Of a stretch of DNA of 32,000 nt, positions 10,152 through 18,328 are shown in pieces. How positions within the stretch are numbered: position 1 is the first letter of the stretch; each line of letters opens with the position of its first letter. A program made the position numbers and the translations under genes. The stretch comes from Alkalilimnicola ehrlichii MLHE-1 (GTDB lineage Bacteria; Pseudomonadota; Gammaproteobacteria; Nitrococcales; Halorhodospiraceae), in contig NC_008340.1 in the NCBI RefSeq assembly GCF_000014785.1, forward strand, positions 90,001 to 122,000, in the 5' to 3' direction. Below the pieces are notes generated by a model. It made no database searches. It worked only from the letters and a program-made list of their open reading frames with translations, and was not told the DNA's origin.

Positions 10152-11567
10152 TCAGTCGCGGCGTGGCGGCGGGGTCGTGTCCTCGTCGCCGTCCTGGGGG
10201 CCGGCGTCCCCGGTGGCGGTCGGCTTGGTGGCGGCGTCGGCCTCCGCTTCCGCCTCCGCCTCGGCAACCACCACCTCGTCCCAGAGTTCGGCGGCGGCGG
10301 TCTCGGCATCGGCCCGCGCCTGCTGCTCGGCCGCTTCCCGGGCGGCCTCTTCGTCGTAGCGCGGGTCCAGCTCGGAGGCCACCGGCGTGGTCCGGGCCAT
10401 CACCACGAAGGGCTCCTGGTCCTCCGGGGCCACTGACTCGCGACGCATTTGCCAGGCGGCCAGGGCCACGCCCAGGGCGATGACCGCAACGAACAGGAAC
10501 AGCCCGGTATTGCCGACCCGGCCCATCACCTGACCGGCCAGCACCGGCCCCACCGCCGATCCCAACCCCCACAGGAACAGCAGTGCCGCGCTGATGGTGA
10601 CAAAGTCACGTACCTTGATCTGGTCGTTGGTATGGGCCACCGCCAACGGGTAGAGGGTGAAGGAGAGCCCCCCGAACAGCGCCCCCACCCCCATCAGCAC
10701 CGGCAGGGTGAGCTCGGCGGAGAAGACCAGGGCCACCGCCGCCACCGCCACCGAGAGGTTGACGATGGCCATCACCCCGCGCCGGCCGAAGTTGTCGGAG
10801 AGGTGGCCGATGGGCCATTGCAGCAGAAAACCGCCAAAGATGATCGCCCCCATCAGCAGCGAGACCCCGGCCAGGCCCAGTCCGGCCTCCAGGGCGAAGA
10901 CCGGGGTCAGGGCAAACACCGCCCCGTTGACCATGCCCGCACCGATGCAGGCCACCACCCCCAACGGTGACTCGGTGAGCGCCGGCCTCAGCGCCATGCC
11001 GTGGCTTTCCGGCGGCGAGGGGTGGAGGCCCCGGGTCATGGCCACCGGGATCAGGCAGAGGGCGAACAGGCCGGCGGTGATCATGAACAGCTCGGTGGTG
11101 GCGGGGTCGGCGGCGAAGAGCAGGAATTGCCCGGTGCCGAGGCCCAGGTAGCTGACCACCTGGTAGACCGAGAACACCCGGCCCCGGTTGGCCGCCGAGG
11201 AGCGCTCGTTGAGCCAGCTCTCGATGACCATGTAGATGCCAGCGGCGGCGAAGCCGGTGATCACCCGCAGCAGGGCCCAAACCCATACCGAGACGAACAG
11301 CCCGTGCAGCAGCACGGCGGCGGTGGCGCAGGCGGCGAAGACGGCAAAGGCTCGGATGTGCCCGGCCCGGCGGATCACCCGGCCGGCCTCCATGGCCCCC
11401 ACCATTAACCCCACGAAGAAGGCGGCCATGACCAGGCCGGTGACCTGCGGGTCGAAGCCGTCCAGGGTCATACGCACGCCGAGCAGGGTGCCCAGCAGCC
11501 CGCTGCCCAGCGTGAACAGCCCTACTGAGCCCAGCAGCGCCAGGATCGAGAGAAAAACCTGCGCCAC
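10152..11567 (-). CDS. MFS transporter with acidic low-complexity C-terminal tail
   Basis: About 12 TM segments, an MFS motif-A-like GRVIRRAGHIR, and the tail ...EVVVAEAEAEAEADAATKP. Track ORF is 10152..11639. I prefer GTG 11567 (VAQVFLSILALLG) because 11639 would overlap the upstream gene by 40 nt. The start is uncertain. Confidence 0.85.
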   Translation of the reverse strand: MAQVFLSILALLGSVGLFTLGSGLLGTLLGVRMTLDGFDPQVTGLVMAAFFVGLMVGAMEAGRVIRRAGHIRAFAVFAACATAAVLLHGLFVSVWVWALLRVITGFAAAGIYMVIESWLNERSSAANRGRVFSVYQVVSYLGLGTGQFLLFAADPATTELFMITAGLFALCLIPVAMTRGLHPSPPESHGMALRPALTESPLGVVACIGAGMVNGAVFALTPVFALEAGLGLAGVSLLMGAIIFGGFLLQWPIGHLSDNFGRRGVMAIVNLSVAVAAVALVFSAELTLPVLMGVGALFGGLSFTLYPLAVAHTNDQIKVRDFVTISAALLFLWGLGSAVGPVLAGQVMGRVGNTGLFLFVAVIALGVALAAWQMRRESVAPEDQEPFVVMARTTPVASELDPRYDEEAAREAAEQQARADAETAAAELWDEVVVAEAEAEAEADAATKPTATGDAGPQDGDEDTTPPPRRD

Positions 11568-11599
11568 GCCAAACCCCCCAGGCGGGTGCCCCGCGTCCG

Positions 11600-12112
11600 T
11601 CAGTCGCTGTGTTCCGGCGTGAAGCCGCCGGCCTCGCACGCCTCCAGTATGGCGGGGATCTGCGGCGGGTCACAGTCACAGGCGGGGGGCGTGCGCATGA
11701 CCATGCCCCAGGTCAGGTAGCCGGCCACCGCGTGGGTGAGGTCCTCGTTGTCCAGATCGGCGGTCTCGCGATCACCCACCACCCGCTCGGCCTCGCGCTG
11801 TACCACCATGTTGTGGCGGATGCGCTGGCCACGGTAGTAGCGCTCGGTGATGATCTCCATCTGCCGGCAGACGTCGCCGCCTTGTTGCCACTCCCGCTGA
11901 ATGCGTAGCAGTGCGGGTGGGGTCTCGGGGTTTTGGACCAAGTCATCGGCGATGGTGCGCGACGCGATCACCCGCGCGATCAGCTGCCCGTCGCCCTGTT
12001 CCTCGGCCGCTGCCAGTGCCGCATCCCAAGGGTCAGGTGCGACACCGGTCTGGGCCATGGCCAGGGTCGGGCTCAGCATCAGGAGCATCATCAGGGTGCG
12101 TGTGGGGGGCAT
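11600..12112 (-). CDS. secreted hypothetical protein (signal peptide, 170 aa)
   Basis: Signal-like N-terminus MPPTRTLMMLLMLSPTLAMAQT, GGAG 5 nt upstream of the ATG, and good GC3 bias. I recognise no family. Contains a C-terminal CDCDPP...LEACE Cys cluster. Confidence 0.6.
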   Translation of the reverse strand: MPPTRTLMMLLMLSPTLAMAQTGVAPDPWDAALAAAEEQGDGQLIARVIASRTIADDLVQNPETPPALLRIQREWQQGGDVCRQMEIITERYYRGQRIRHNMVVQREAERVVGDRETADLDNEDLTHAVAGYLTWGMVMRTPPACDCDPPQIPAILEACEAGGFTPEHSD

Positions 12113-12227
12113 GGCAACTCCGCGGGGCGATGGGCGGGTGGGTGATCCGTTTCACTGTCAGCGAATGTTACATTAGGGGGTAACGGCCGCCCAGCCCGGG
12201 TGGGCGGTAACCGCATTTTTTCAGCGC

Positions 12228-12761
12228 ATGGGTACGGTGATCGTGACCGAGCAGCAGGAACATCGGGCCTGGTACCTCATTTATACCAAGCCGAGACAGG
12301 AGGAGGCGGCGCGCGACAACCTCGGGCGCCAGGGCTTCCACGCCTGGCTGCCGCGGGTGCGGGTGGTCAAACGCCGGGGCACGCGCCGGGTGCCGGTGGT
12401 GGAGCCCATGTTTCCCCGTTACCTGTTCGTGGAGTTGGACAGCGCCTACCAGGACTGGAGCCCCATCAGCTCCACCCTGGGCGTAACCAGCCTGGTGCGC
12501 TTTGGCGGCGTCCCGGCCAAGGTCCCGGGGCCGCTGGTGGCGGCCCTGCAGGCGCGGGCCGACGAGGACGACATCTGCGATCTCTCGGCCCGACAGCAGC
12601 CGCGCGCGGGTGACACCGTGCGAGTGGCGCACGGGGCCTTCGCCGGCTACGAGGCCGTGTTCCAGGCCCGTAGCGGGCGCGAGCGGGTGCTGGTGCTGCT
12701 GGAGGTGGCGGGCAAACAGTCCCGCGTCACCCTGCCGGCGGACGACATCGACCCCGTTTAG
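12228..12761 (+). CDS. rfaH: RfaH/NusG-paralog transcription antiterminator
   Basis: NGN-like N-terminus (WYLIYTKPRQEEAARDNLGRQGFHAWLPRV...EPMFPRYLFV) and a KOW-like C-terminus (GDTVRVAHGAFAGYEAVFQ...RVLVLLEVAGKQSRVTL). No clear SD, so the start is uncertain. Confidence 0.85.
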   Translation: MGTVIVTEQQEHRAWYLIYTKPRQEEAARDNLGRQGFHAWLPRVRVVKRRGTRRVPVVEPMFPRYLFVELDSAYQDWSPISSTLGVTSLVRFGGVPAKVPGPLVAALQARADEDDICDLSARQQPRAGDTVRVAHGAFAGYEAVFQARSGRERVLVLLEVAGKQSRVTLPADDIDPV

Positions 12762-12780
12762 GAGGACGCGGAAGAAACGG

Positions 12781-13135
12781 CCATTGCGAGTGTAGCTTCC
12801 ACCGTCATTGCCCCCGCACGCAGCCCCCGTCATCGCGAGGGCCGAAGGCTTTCCCCTCGTCATCGCGAGGGCCGAAGGCCCGTGGCGATCCAGGGCGGTA
12901 GACTGCCACGTCGGCTTCGCCTCCTCGCAGTGACGGTGGGGGTGGGGCCTCCTCGCAGTGACGATGGAGGTGGGTCCGCAGTGACGGTGGGGGCGACCTG
13001 CCGCTTTGGGCACAGTACAGTTCTTCAAGAGGCGCGAAGCCTTATCCCCGTCATCGCGAGGAGCGCAGCGACGCGGCGATCCAAACGGCGCCTGGACTGC
13101 CGCGTCGCTGCGCTCCTCGCAGTGACGGTGGGGGC
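12781..13135. repeat. mosaic repeat cluster B (same family as cluster A, inverted orientation)
   Basis: Full units at 12858-12935 and 13049-13127. The latter has a near-perfect 29-bp stem. The 42-nt module at 12987-13028 is the reverse complement (38/42) of 8081-8122. Confidence 0.9.
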
Positions 13136-13173
13136 GGGCCCGCGCCCGTAGTGGTGGTGGCAGCGGGCCCGGG

Positions 13174-13569
13174 TCAGCCGATGAAGGGCAGGGGCGTGCG
13201 GGTCAGGGCCACGGCGTAGATGTAGGCGAAGGTGAACACCGCCGCGAAGAAGGCCACCGCCTTGGCCACCGGCGTCCGGCCGCGCCGGAGGGCGATGGTG
13301 CCCAACACGATGTAGAGGATCAGGCCGATGATCTTGGCCATAATCCAGCCGTGGGCGAAGGGGTTGAGCGACAGCACGGCCAGCAGCCCCAGCGCCGTGA
13401 GCAGCAGCACGGTGTCAAAGATGTGCGGCACGATCCGCACCGCCTTGTTGGCCAGCAGTTCCGGCTTGATGGGCAGCAGCAGCCCGCGCAATACGAACAG
13501 CGCGATGCTGATGATGGCCATGAGCATGTGAGTGTGCTTGAGCGGGAAGTACAATTCTGCCGGCAGCAT
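13174..13569 (-). CDS. SirB-family small inner-membrane protein (131 aa)
   Basis: Only the C-terminal part of track ORF 13174..14190 is plausible: MLPAELYFPLKHTHMLMAIISIALFVLRGLL..., with four TM helices in the style of SirB1/SirB2-type proteins. The rest of that ORF is antisense to moeB. Confidence 0.7.
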   Translation of the reverse strand: MLPAELYFPLKHTHMLMAIISIALFVLRGLLLPIKPELLANKAVRIVPHIFDTVLLLTALGLLAVLSLNPFAHGWIMAKIIGLILYIVLGTIALRRGRTPVAKAVAFFAAVFTFAYIYAVALTRTPLPFIG

Positions 13570-13674
13570 CCATCTTTCCTCCGCGTGAATGGGGCATCTA
13601 TTCTTGCCCCTGGCCCGCCAATGGCGCAAGTTGGGGGCGCGGTAGGCGGCCCCGCCGGGCACTCGGAGATTGCA

Positions 13675-14442
13675 ATGAACGACGAACAACTCTTGCGTTA
13701 CAACCGCCAGATCATGCTGCCGGAGGTGGATCTCGCCGGGCAAGAGCAACTGCTGGCGAGCCGGGTGCTGGTGGTGGGCCTGGGCGGCCTGGGCTCGCCG
13801 GTCACCCTCTACCTGGCCGCCGCGGGGGTGGGTCAGCTCGTGCTGGCCGACTTCGATCGGGTGGAGATGTCCAACCTGCAGCGCCAGATCGCCCACACCA
13901 CCCAGGATCTGGGCCGGATGAAGGTGGAGTCGGCCCGCGACGCAGTGGCCCGGCTGAACCCCGGAGTGGTGGTGGAGACCGTGGAGCAGCGCCTGGACCC
14001 GGCGGCCCTGGCCGAATGGGTAAGCCGGGTGGACCTTGTGCTGGACGGCTCCGACAACTTCGCCACTCGCTACGCGGTCAACGCCGCCTGCGTCGCCGCC
14101 GGCAAGCCGCTGGTCACCGCCGCGGTCATCCGGATGCAGGGGCAATTGGCCAATTTCCGCTTCGACCTGCGGCCGGCCCCCTGCTACCAATGCATCTTCC
14201 CCGATACCGGCGAGGAGGCGCGTCAGACCTGCAGCGACACCGGGGTGCTGGCGCCATTGGCCGGGGTGATGGGCTGCCTGCAGGCGGTGGAGGCGGTAAA
14301 GGTGTTGCTGGACCGGGACGAAGCGAGCCGCGGCCGGCTGTACACCTTTGACGCCATGGGCCTGGAGTGGCGGGGCCTGGGGGTCCGGCCCGACCCCGAC
14401 TGCCCGATTTGCGCCGCGGCGGGGGCAGCCGTCGAGCGCTAG
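13675..14442 (+). CDS. moeB: molybdopterin-synthase adenylyltransferase (ThiF/MoeB/HesA family)
   Basis: MNDEQLLRYNRQIMLPEV start, GLGGLGSP nucleotide loop, and CxxC pairs (CYQC, CPIC) for Zn. The in-frame ATG at 13675 lies inside track ORF 13351..14442. Confidence 0.85.
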   Translation: MNDEQLLRYNRQIMLPEVDLAGQEQLLASRVLVVGLGGLGSPVTLYLAAAGVGQLVLADFDRVEMSNLQRQIAHTTQDLGRMKVESARDAVARLNPGVVVETVEQRLDPAALAEWVSRVDLVLDGSDNFATRYAVNAACVAAGKPLVTAAVIRMQGQLANFRFDLRPAPCYQCIFPDTGEEARQTCSDTGVLAPLAGVMGCLQAVEAVKVLLDRDEASRGRLYTFDAMGLEWRGLGVRPDPDCPICAAAGAAVER

Positions 14443-14451
14443 CCCCTCGCC

Positions 14452-16131
14452 TCAGCGCCGGGTTGCCGCCCCCAGTTCCGGCCACAGGGTCGGTTCCGGC
14501 TTGGGCAGTGCGGCCAGTGCGGCGGCCACGCCCGTGTCGCGGTCGTAGAGGTCGTCGCGAAAGTGCAGCGTGCCCTCCGCGTCCACCCAGGCGGTCCAGT
14601 ACTGCAGGTGGACGGGGATGCCGCGGCGCAATGGCACCGTGCGCTCTCGCCGTTCCTCCAGGGCCTTGTCAATGGCCTCCGGCGACCACTGGCGCTGATC
14701 CCGTAGCAGCCAGGCGGCCAGCTCCAGCGGCCGCTCCACCCGGATACAGCCGGAGCTGAAGGCCCGGCGCGGCTGCTGGAACAGCTCCCGCGACGGGGTG
14801 TCGTGCAGGTAGACATTGTGGCGGTTGGGGAACATGAACTTGACCCGGCCCATGGCGTTCTGCGGCCCCGGTAGCTGGCGCAGCCGGTAGGGGAAGTAGC
14901 GGTGGGAGTAGCGGTCCCAGTCCAGGCTCTCCGGATCGATCTCCCGCTCGTCCGCGCCCCAGCCCTGCAGCACCCGGAAGCCCATGCGCTCCAGGTACTC
15001 CGGGTCGCGCTGGATCAGTGGCAGCACGTCGCGGGTGGCGAGCCGGTGGGGCACCTCCCAGGAGGGGTTCAGGACCAGATAGGTCATATTGCCGGTGAAC
15101 ACGGGGGTTCGCCGGTAGTCCCGGCCCACCACCACGCGCTGGCGCATCACCGTCTCGCCCTCGGCATGGACGGTCATGGAGAAGCCGGCGATGTTGACCA
15201 GGATGTAGCGATCGCCCAGGTCGCGGGGCATCCACCGCAACCGCTCCAGATTCACCCGCAACTGCTCGGCCCGGTCGGCTGGCGGGGTGTTCAGTGCGGC
15301 CACGGTACGCGGCCCCACCACCCCGTCCACCTGCAGGCCGTGGCGGCGCTGGAAATCGCGCACGGCGGCCTCCAGGGCCTCGCCGTACAGGGTCTCGCTG
15401 AGCGGCGCGTCGTCCTCCAGGTCGCCCAGCAGCCGGAGCTGCTCGCGCAGGGTCTCCACCCGGGGGTCGCGGTCGCCGACCCGCAACAGGGGGCCTGCCT
15501 CCATCCGCGGGTAATCGCCCTGCTCTGCCAGGGCCTGGAACCGGGCAAGGGCCCGGCGCATCTGGTGGTAGTTGTCCTGGTCGGGATAGAGCTGGCGCAC
15601 CGCGGTAGCGATGTCGTCCTCCGCCAGGCCCTGGCTGAGCGCCTGCACCAGGTCCTCCGAGGGCGGCGACTGCAGCTCCCAGTCGGGCGCCACCACATCC
15701 GGGTTGAGCTGCCCGGTGAGGGCATCCTCGGCCAGCTGCAGCCAGACCCGGGTGAGCTGTAACTCCAGGTCCGCCACCGCACCAGGGGCCGGCTCCTCCG
15801 GCCAGTCCCGCAGCGTTTCACTGAGCTGGTCATAGCCGTAGGCCGCCGGGGCCAGGCCATGGCCACGGCTCTCGGCCAGCACCGCCAGGAGTTGCTCCGC
15901 CCGCGCCGTCGGCTGGCCGTCCTCGCTCCAGGCGGGCCGGTAGACCCGGTCGAGGAAGAAGCGATGCAGCGGGCTGCGCTCCGGGTCGGCGTCGCCGTTG
16001 CCTGCCTCCGCCGTGGCCACCTCCAGACGGTCGCGCAGTTGTTCGGCCACCTGGTCATGCAGAGCGGCAGCTGCCGTCAGGGGCAGGGTGAACAGGCAGA
16101 GGGTAAGCAGAAGCCGGTGAATGAGTGTCAT
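14452..16131 (-). CDS. L,D-transpeptidase, YcbB/LdtD-like (PG-binding plus YkuD domain)
   Basis: Signal peptide MTLIHRLLLTLCLFTLPLTAAAA, with GGGAG upstream of ATG 16131. PG_binding_1-like FQRRHGLQVDGVVGPRTVAALN. Catalytic HDTP...SSGCIRV. Confidence 0.88.
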   Translation of the reverse strand: MTLIHRLLLTLCLFTLPLTAAAALHDQVAEQLRDRLEVATAEAGNGDADPERSPLHRFFLDRVYRPAWSEDGQPTARAEQLLAVLAESRGHGLAPAAYGYDQLSETLRDWPEEPAPGAVADLELQLTRVWLQLAEDALTGQLNPDVVAPDWELQSPPSEDLVQALSQGLAEDDIATAVRQLYPDQDNYHQMRRALARFQALAEQGDYPRMEAGPLLRVGDRDPRVETLREQLRLLGDLEDDAPLSETLYGEALEAAVRDFQRRHGLQVDGVVGPRTVAALNTPPADRAEQLRVNLERLRWMPRDLGDRYILVNIAGFSMTVHAEGETVMRQRVVVGRDYRRTPVFTGNMTYLVLNPSWEVPHRLATRDVLPLIQRDPEYLERMGFRVLQGWGADEREIDPESLDWDRYSHRYFPYRLRQLPGPQNAMGRVKFMFPNRHNVYLHDTPSRELFQQPRRAFSSGCIRVERPLELAAWLLRDQRQWSPEAIDKALEERRERTVPLRRGIPVHLQYWTAWVDAEGTLHFRDDLYDRDTGVAAALAALPKPEPTLWPELGAATRR

Positions 16132-16240
16132 GGCGGGCTCCCTGAAAGGGCGATGGCGGTGCCAGCCATCCTTTTCCAAAGCCTAGCAGAACCCGCACTG
16201 CTATCCTCATCGGAGACGTTCTCCCTTGAGGATCGCCCCG

Positions 16241-17095
16241 ATGCCCACTGCTGTCCGTTGTCACCACCCCGTCCCGCGAGAGCCTGCTGGTCGTCGGTGC
16301 CGTGCCCAGGGCTGGGCCCGCTGGCTGCTGCTGGCGGCCGTCGCGCTGGCCCTGCTGTTGGTGCTGTTGCTGGTGCCGCGGCAGGCACAGTCGGAGCGCC
16401 TGCCGGATACCGTGGAGCGGGTGGAACCGGCCATCGTCAGCGTGGCGACCCACCAGCCCGCCCGCAGCCCGCGGCTGCGCCATCTGGGCACCGGCTTTGC
16501 GGTGGCGGACGGGCGGTTGGTGGCGACCAACCTGCATGTGTTGCCCGATGTCCTGGACCGTGAGAACCAGGAGCGGCTGGTGGTGGTCACCGGCAGCGGC
16601 CGCAATACCGAGGTGCGTTCCGCCGAGCGGGTGGCCGCCTCGCAGACCCACGACCTGGCGCTGCTGCGGATCTCCGGGACTCCGCTGCCGGCGCTTTCAC
16701 TGGGCGATTCCGACGCGGTGCGGACCGGGGAGCGGTTGGCCTTTACCGGGTTCCCCATCGGCATGATTCTGGGCATGTATCCGGCCACCCACCGGGCCTC
16801 GGTGTCGGCGCGTACCCCCATGGCGTTGCCCGCCGGCCACAGCCGCCAACTGGACGAGCGCCGGGTGGCCCAGTTGCGGCGCAACCCGCCCATGGTCTTT
16901 CAGCTAGACGGCACCGCCTACCCGGGCAACAGCGGCAGCCCGCTGTTCCGCATCGACAGCGGCGAGGTGGTGGGCATCATCAACCAGGTGTTCGTGCAGG
17001 GCGGGCGCGAGGCGGCGGTGGGCAGCCCCAGCGGGATTAGCTACGCCGTGCCGTCGGGGCAGTTGCGGGCGTTGATCGAGGGGCATCGGGATTGA
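16241..17095 (+). CDS. trypsin-like (S1 family) serine protease with N-terminal membrane anchor
   Basis: Catalytic triad context: GTGFAV..LVATNLHV (His), HDLALLRI (Asp), GNSGSPLF (Ser). Hydrophobic anchor WLLLAAVALALLLVLLLV. ATG 16241 is preferred over the track's TTG 16226. Confidence 0.85.
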   Translation: MPTAVRCHHPVPREPAGRRCRAQGWARWLLLAAVALALLLVLLLVPRQAQSERLPDTVERVEPAIVSVATHQPARSPRLRHLGTGFAVADGRLVATNLHVLPDVLDRENQERLVVVTGSGRNTEVRSAERVAASQTHDLALLRISGTPLPALSLGDSDAVRTGERLAFTGFPIGMILGMYPATHRASVSARTPMALPAGHSRQLDERRVAQLRRNPPMVFQLDGTAYPGNSGSPLFRIDSGEVVGIINQVFVQGGREAAVGSPSGISYAVPSGQLRALIEGHRD

Positions 17096-17206
17096 TATTT
17101 AAAGGGTTGTCCGATAGAGAACGCTGTCGAGAAATATTACACCCTCCAAAGCCTTGGGGTTTTGCCTGGGTTATAAAAGCTCATGCAGTCAATGACCTGA
17201 GTGATT

Positions 17207-17222
17207 TGGCAATAAACTTGCT
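17207..17222 (+). promoter_or_regulatory. candidate sigma-54 (RpoN) -24/-12 promoter TGGCAATAAACTTGCT
   Basis: Matches TGGCACG-N4-TTGCW with exact GG-N10-GC spacing. It sits in an AT-rich intergenic region about 50 nt upstream of the ATG of the PEP-CTERM gene at 17272. Confidence 0.6.
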
Positions 17223-17271
17223 AGATGGAGGTTAAATCGACACGGGCGCGTTACTGGGAGACGGCGCAAGC

Positions 17272-17970
17272 ATGAGAAACCTTAGAACTTACTTGGCGGG
17301 CTGCGTCCTGATCCTGGGCTCATCGGTGGTGTCTGCGGGCCCGATCACGTGGGAGCCCGCGCAAGACACTACCGACCCGTTTGATGTGTTCAGTGCAGGG
17401 TCGACGGTCGAGGCCATCAATGCATCGACCGAAAGCTCGGGGACGGTGACCATCAATGGGGTGACGTTCACCAACAGGAATGACCTGTTGGGAAACTCCT
17501 TCGGAAATGCCCTTGATGGAAACACCTCCGGCGACCCTTCGTACGATCCGTTCTTGAACACGTTTAATTTTGGTGGGGGGGCTTCGACGTCGATCAATAT
17601 TGCCGACGGCCTCTTGTCGTTGGGTGGATCCTACCTTGTGCAGGTATGGTTCACGGACCTGCGTGAGCAGTTTAATGACCGGGTCATGACCTTTGGCGAC
17701 GGACAAGGCAATACCCAGGATCTCGAGGCGTTGGGTGCGGGTCTGGGCCAGTTTGCCATCGGGCGGTTCAGTGCGACGGGCACATCACAGGAACTGTCGC
17801 TGGCTGCGAACGGCTTCAGCAACGCCCACATCACCGGTTATCAGGTGCGAGAGATACCGGAACCCGGTACGCTCCTGCTGTTGGCCTTGGGGCTGGTCGG
17901 GTTGGGTGTCGCGAGTGTCCGTCGGAAGGCGGTGCGTCTGACAGCGGAGCGGCGGCCACTGACGGCGTAG
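17272..17970 (+). CDS. PEP-CTERM sorting-domain protein
   Basis: Signal peptide (LAGCVLILGSSVVSAGP). C-terminal IPEPGTLLLLALGLVGLGVASVRRK, meaning a PEP motif, a TM helix and a basic cluster. GC is visibly lower than in the flanking genes. Confidence 0.85.
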   Translation: MRNLRTYLAGCVLILGSSVVSAGPITWEPAQDTTDPFDVFSAGSTVEAINASTESSGTVTINGVTFTNRNDLLGNSFGNALDGNTSGDPSYDPFLNTFNFGGGASTSINIADGLLSLGGSYLVQVWFTDLREQFNDRVMTFGDGQGNTQDLEALGAGLGQFAIGRFSATGTSQELSLAANGFSNAHITGYQVREIPEPGTLLLLALGLVGLGVASVRRKAVRLTAERRPLTA

Positions 17971-18017
17971 CCTTCTGGATGCCCCGACGTAGGAAACGCT
18001 GAAGGGACATCTACTTC

Positions 18018-18261
18018 CGTCATCGCGAGCCCCCCTCCCCGCTGCGCGGGCGCGAATCAGGGAAGAACGGCGGGGCTGCCATGGCGAGGGCCGCGGGTTT
18101 TCGGTCGTCATCGCGAGGGGGGCGCCCCACCCGTCATCGCGAGGGCCGAAGGCTTTCCCCCCGTCATCGCGAGGGCCGAAGGCCCGTGGCGATCCAGAGG
18201 GGTAGACTGCCACGTCGCTTCGCTCCTCGCAGTGACGATGGAGGTGGGTCCGCGGTGACGG
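18018..18261. repeat. mosaic repeat cluster C (same family and orientation as cluster B)
   Basis: Full unit at 18162-18237. Bases 18130-18261 are near-identical to 12826-12987 apart from a few substitutions and one missing 27-nt half-unit. Confidence 0.9.
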
Positions 18262-18328
18262 TTTGTTCTTTCCTCAGCTATACAGTGTCTTCATCGATGC
18301 CTGGGATCGGGCAACGCGGAAGCCCCGA

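Noticed and set aside
10606-11679. 357-aa minus-strand ORF in an alternative frame of the MFS gene
   Set aside because: The translation is Pro/Gly/Arg-rich. The other frame gives a canonical 12-TM MFS protein.
12187-12221. GC hairpin (ccgccca/tgggcgg) followed by a T6 run, resembling an intrinsic terminator just upstream of the rfaH paralog
   Set aside because: The T-run is separated from the stem by 8 nt. No co-directional gene upstream exists to terminate, because the region is a divergent promoter gap. It may be incidental or a small leader structure.
12168-13028. 286-aa minus-strand ORF
   Set aside because: It is antisense to the RfaH paralog and continues through repeat cluster B. No coding signature.
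7678-13135. Integrative genomic island at the 3' end of tRNA-Gly, bracketed by inverted repeat clusters A and B
   Set aside because: There is no integrase, transposase or relaxase. I saw no direct repeat of the tRNA 3' end. The bracketing repeats belong to a dispersed intergenic family, and a third copy lies at 18 kb, so they are not specific att or IR ends. This cannot be excluded without comparative genomics.
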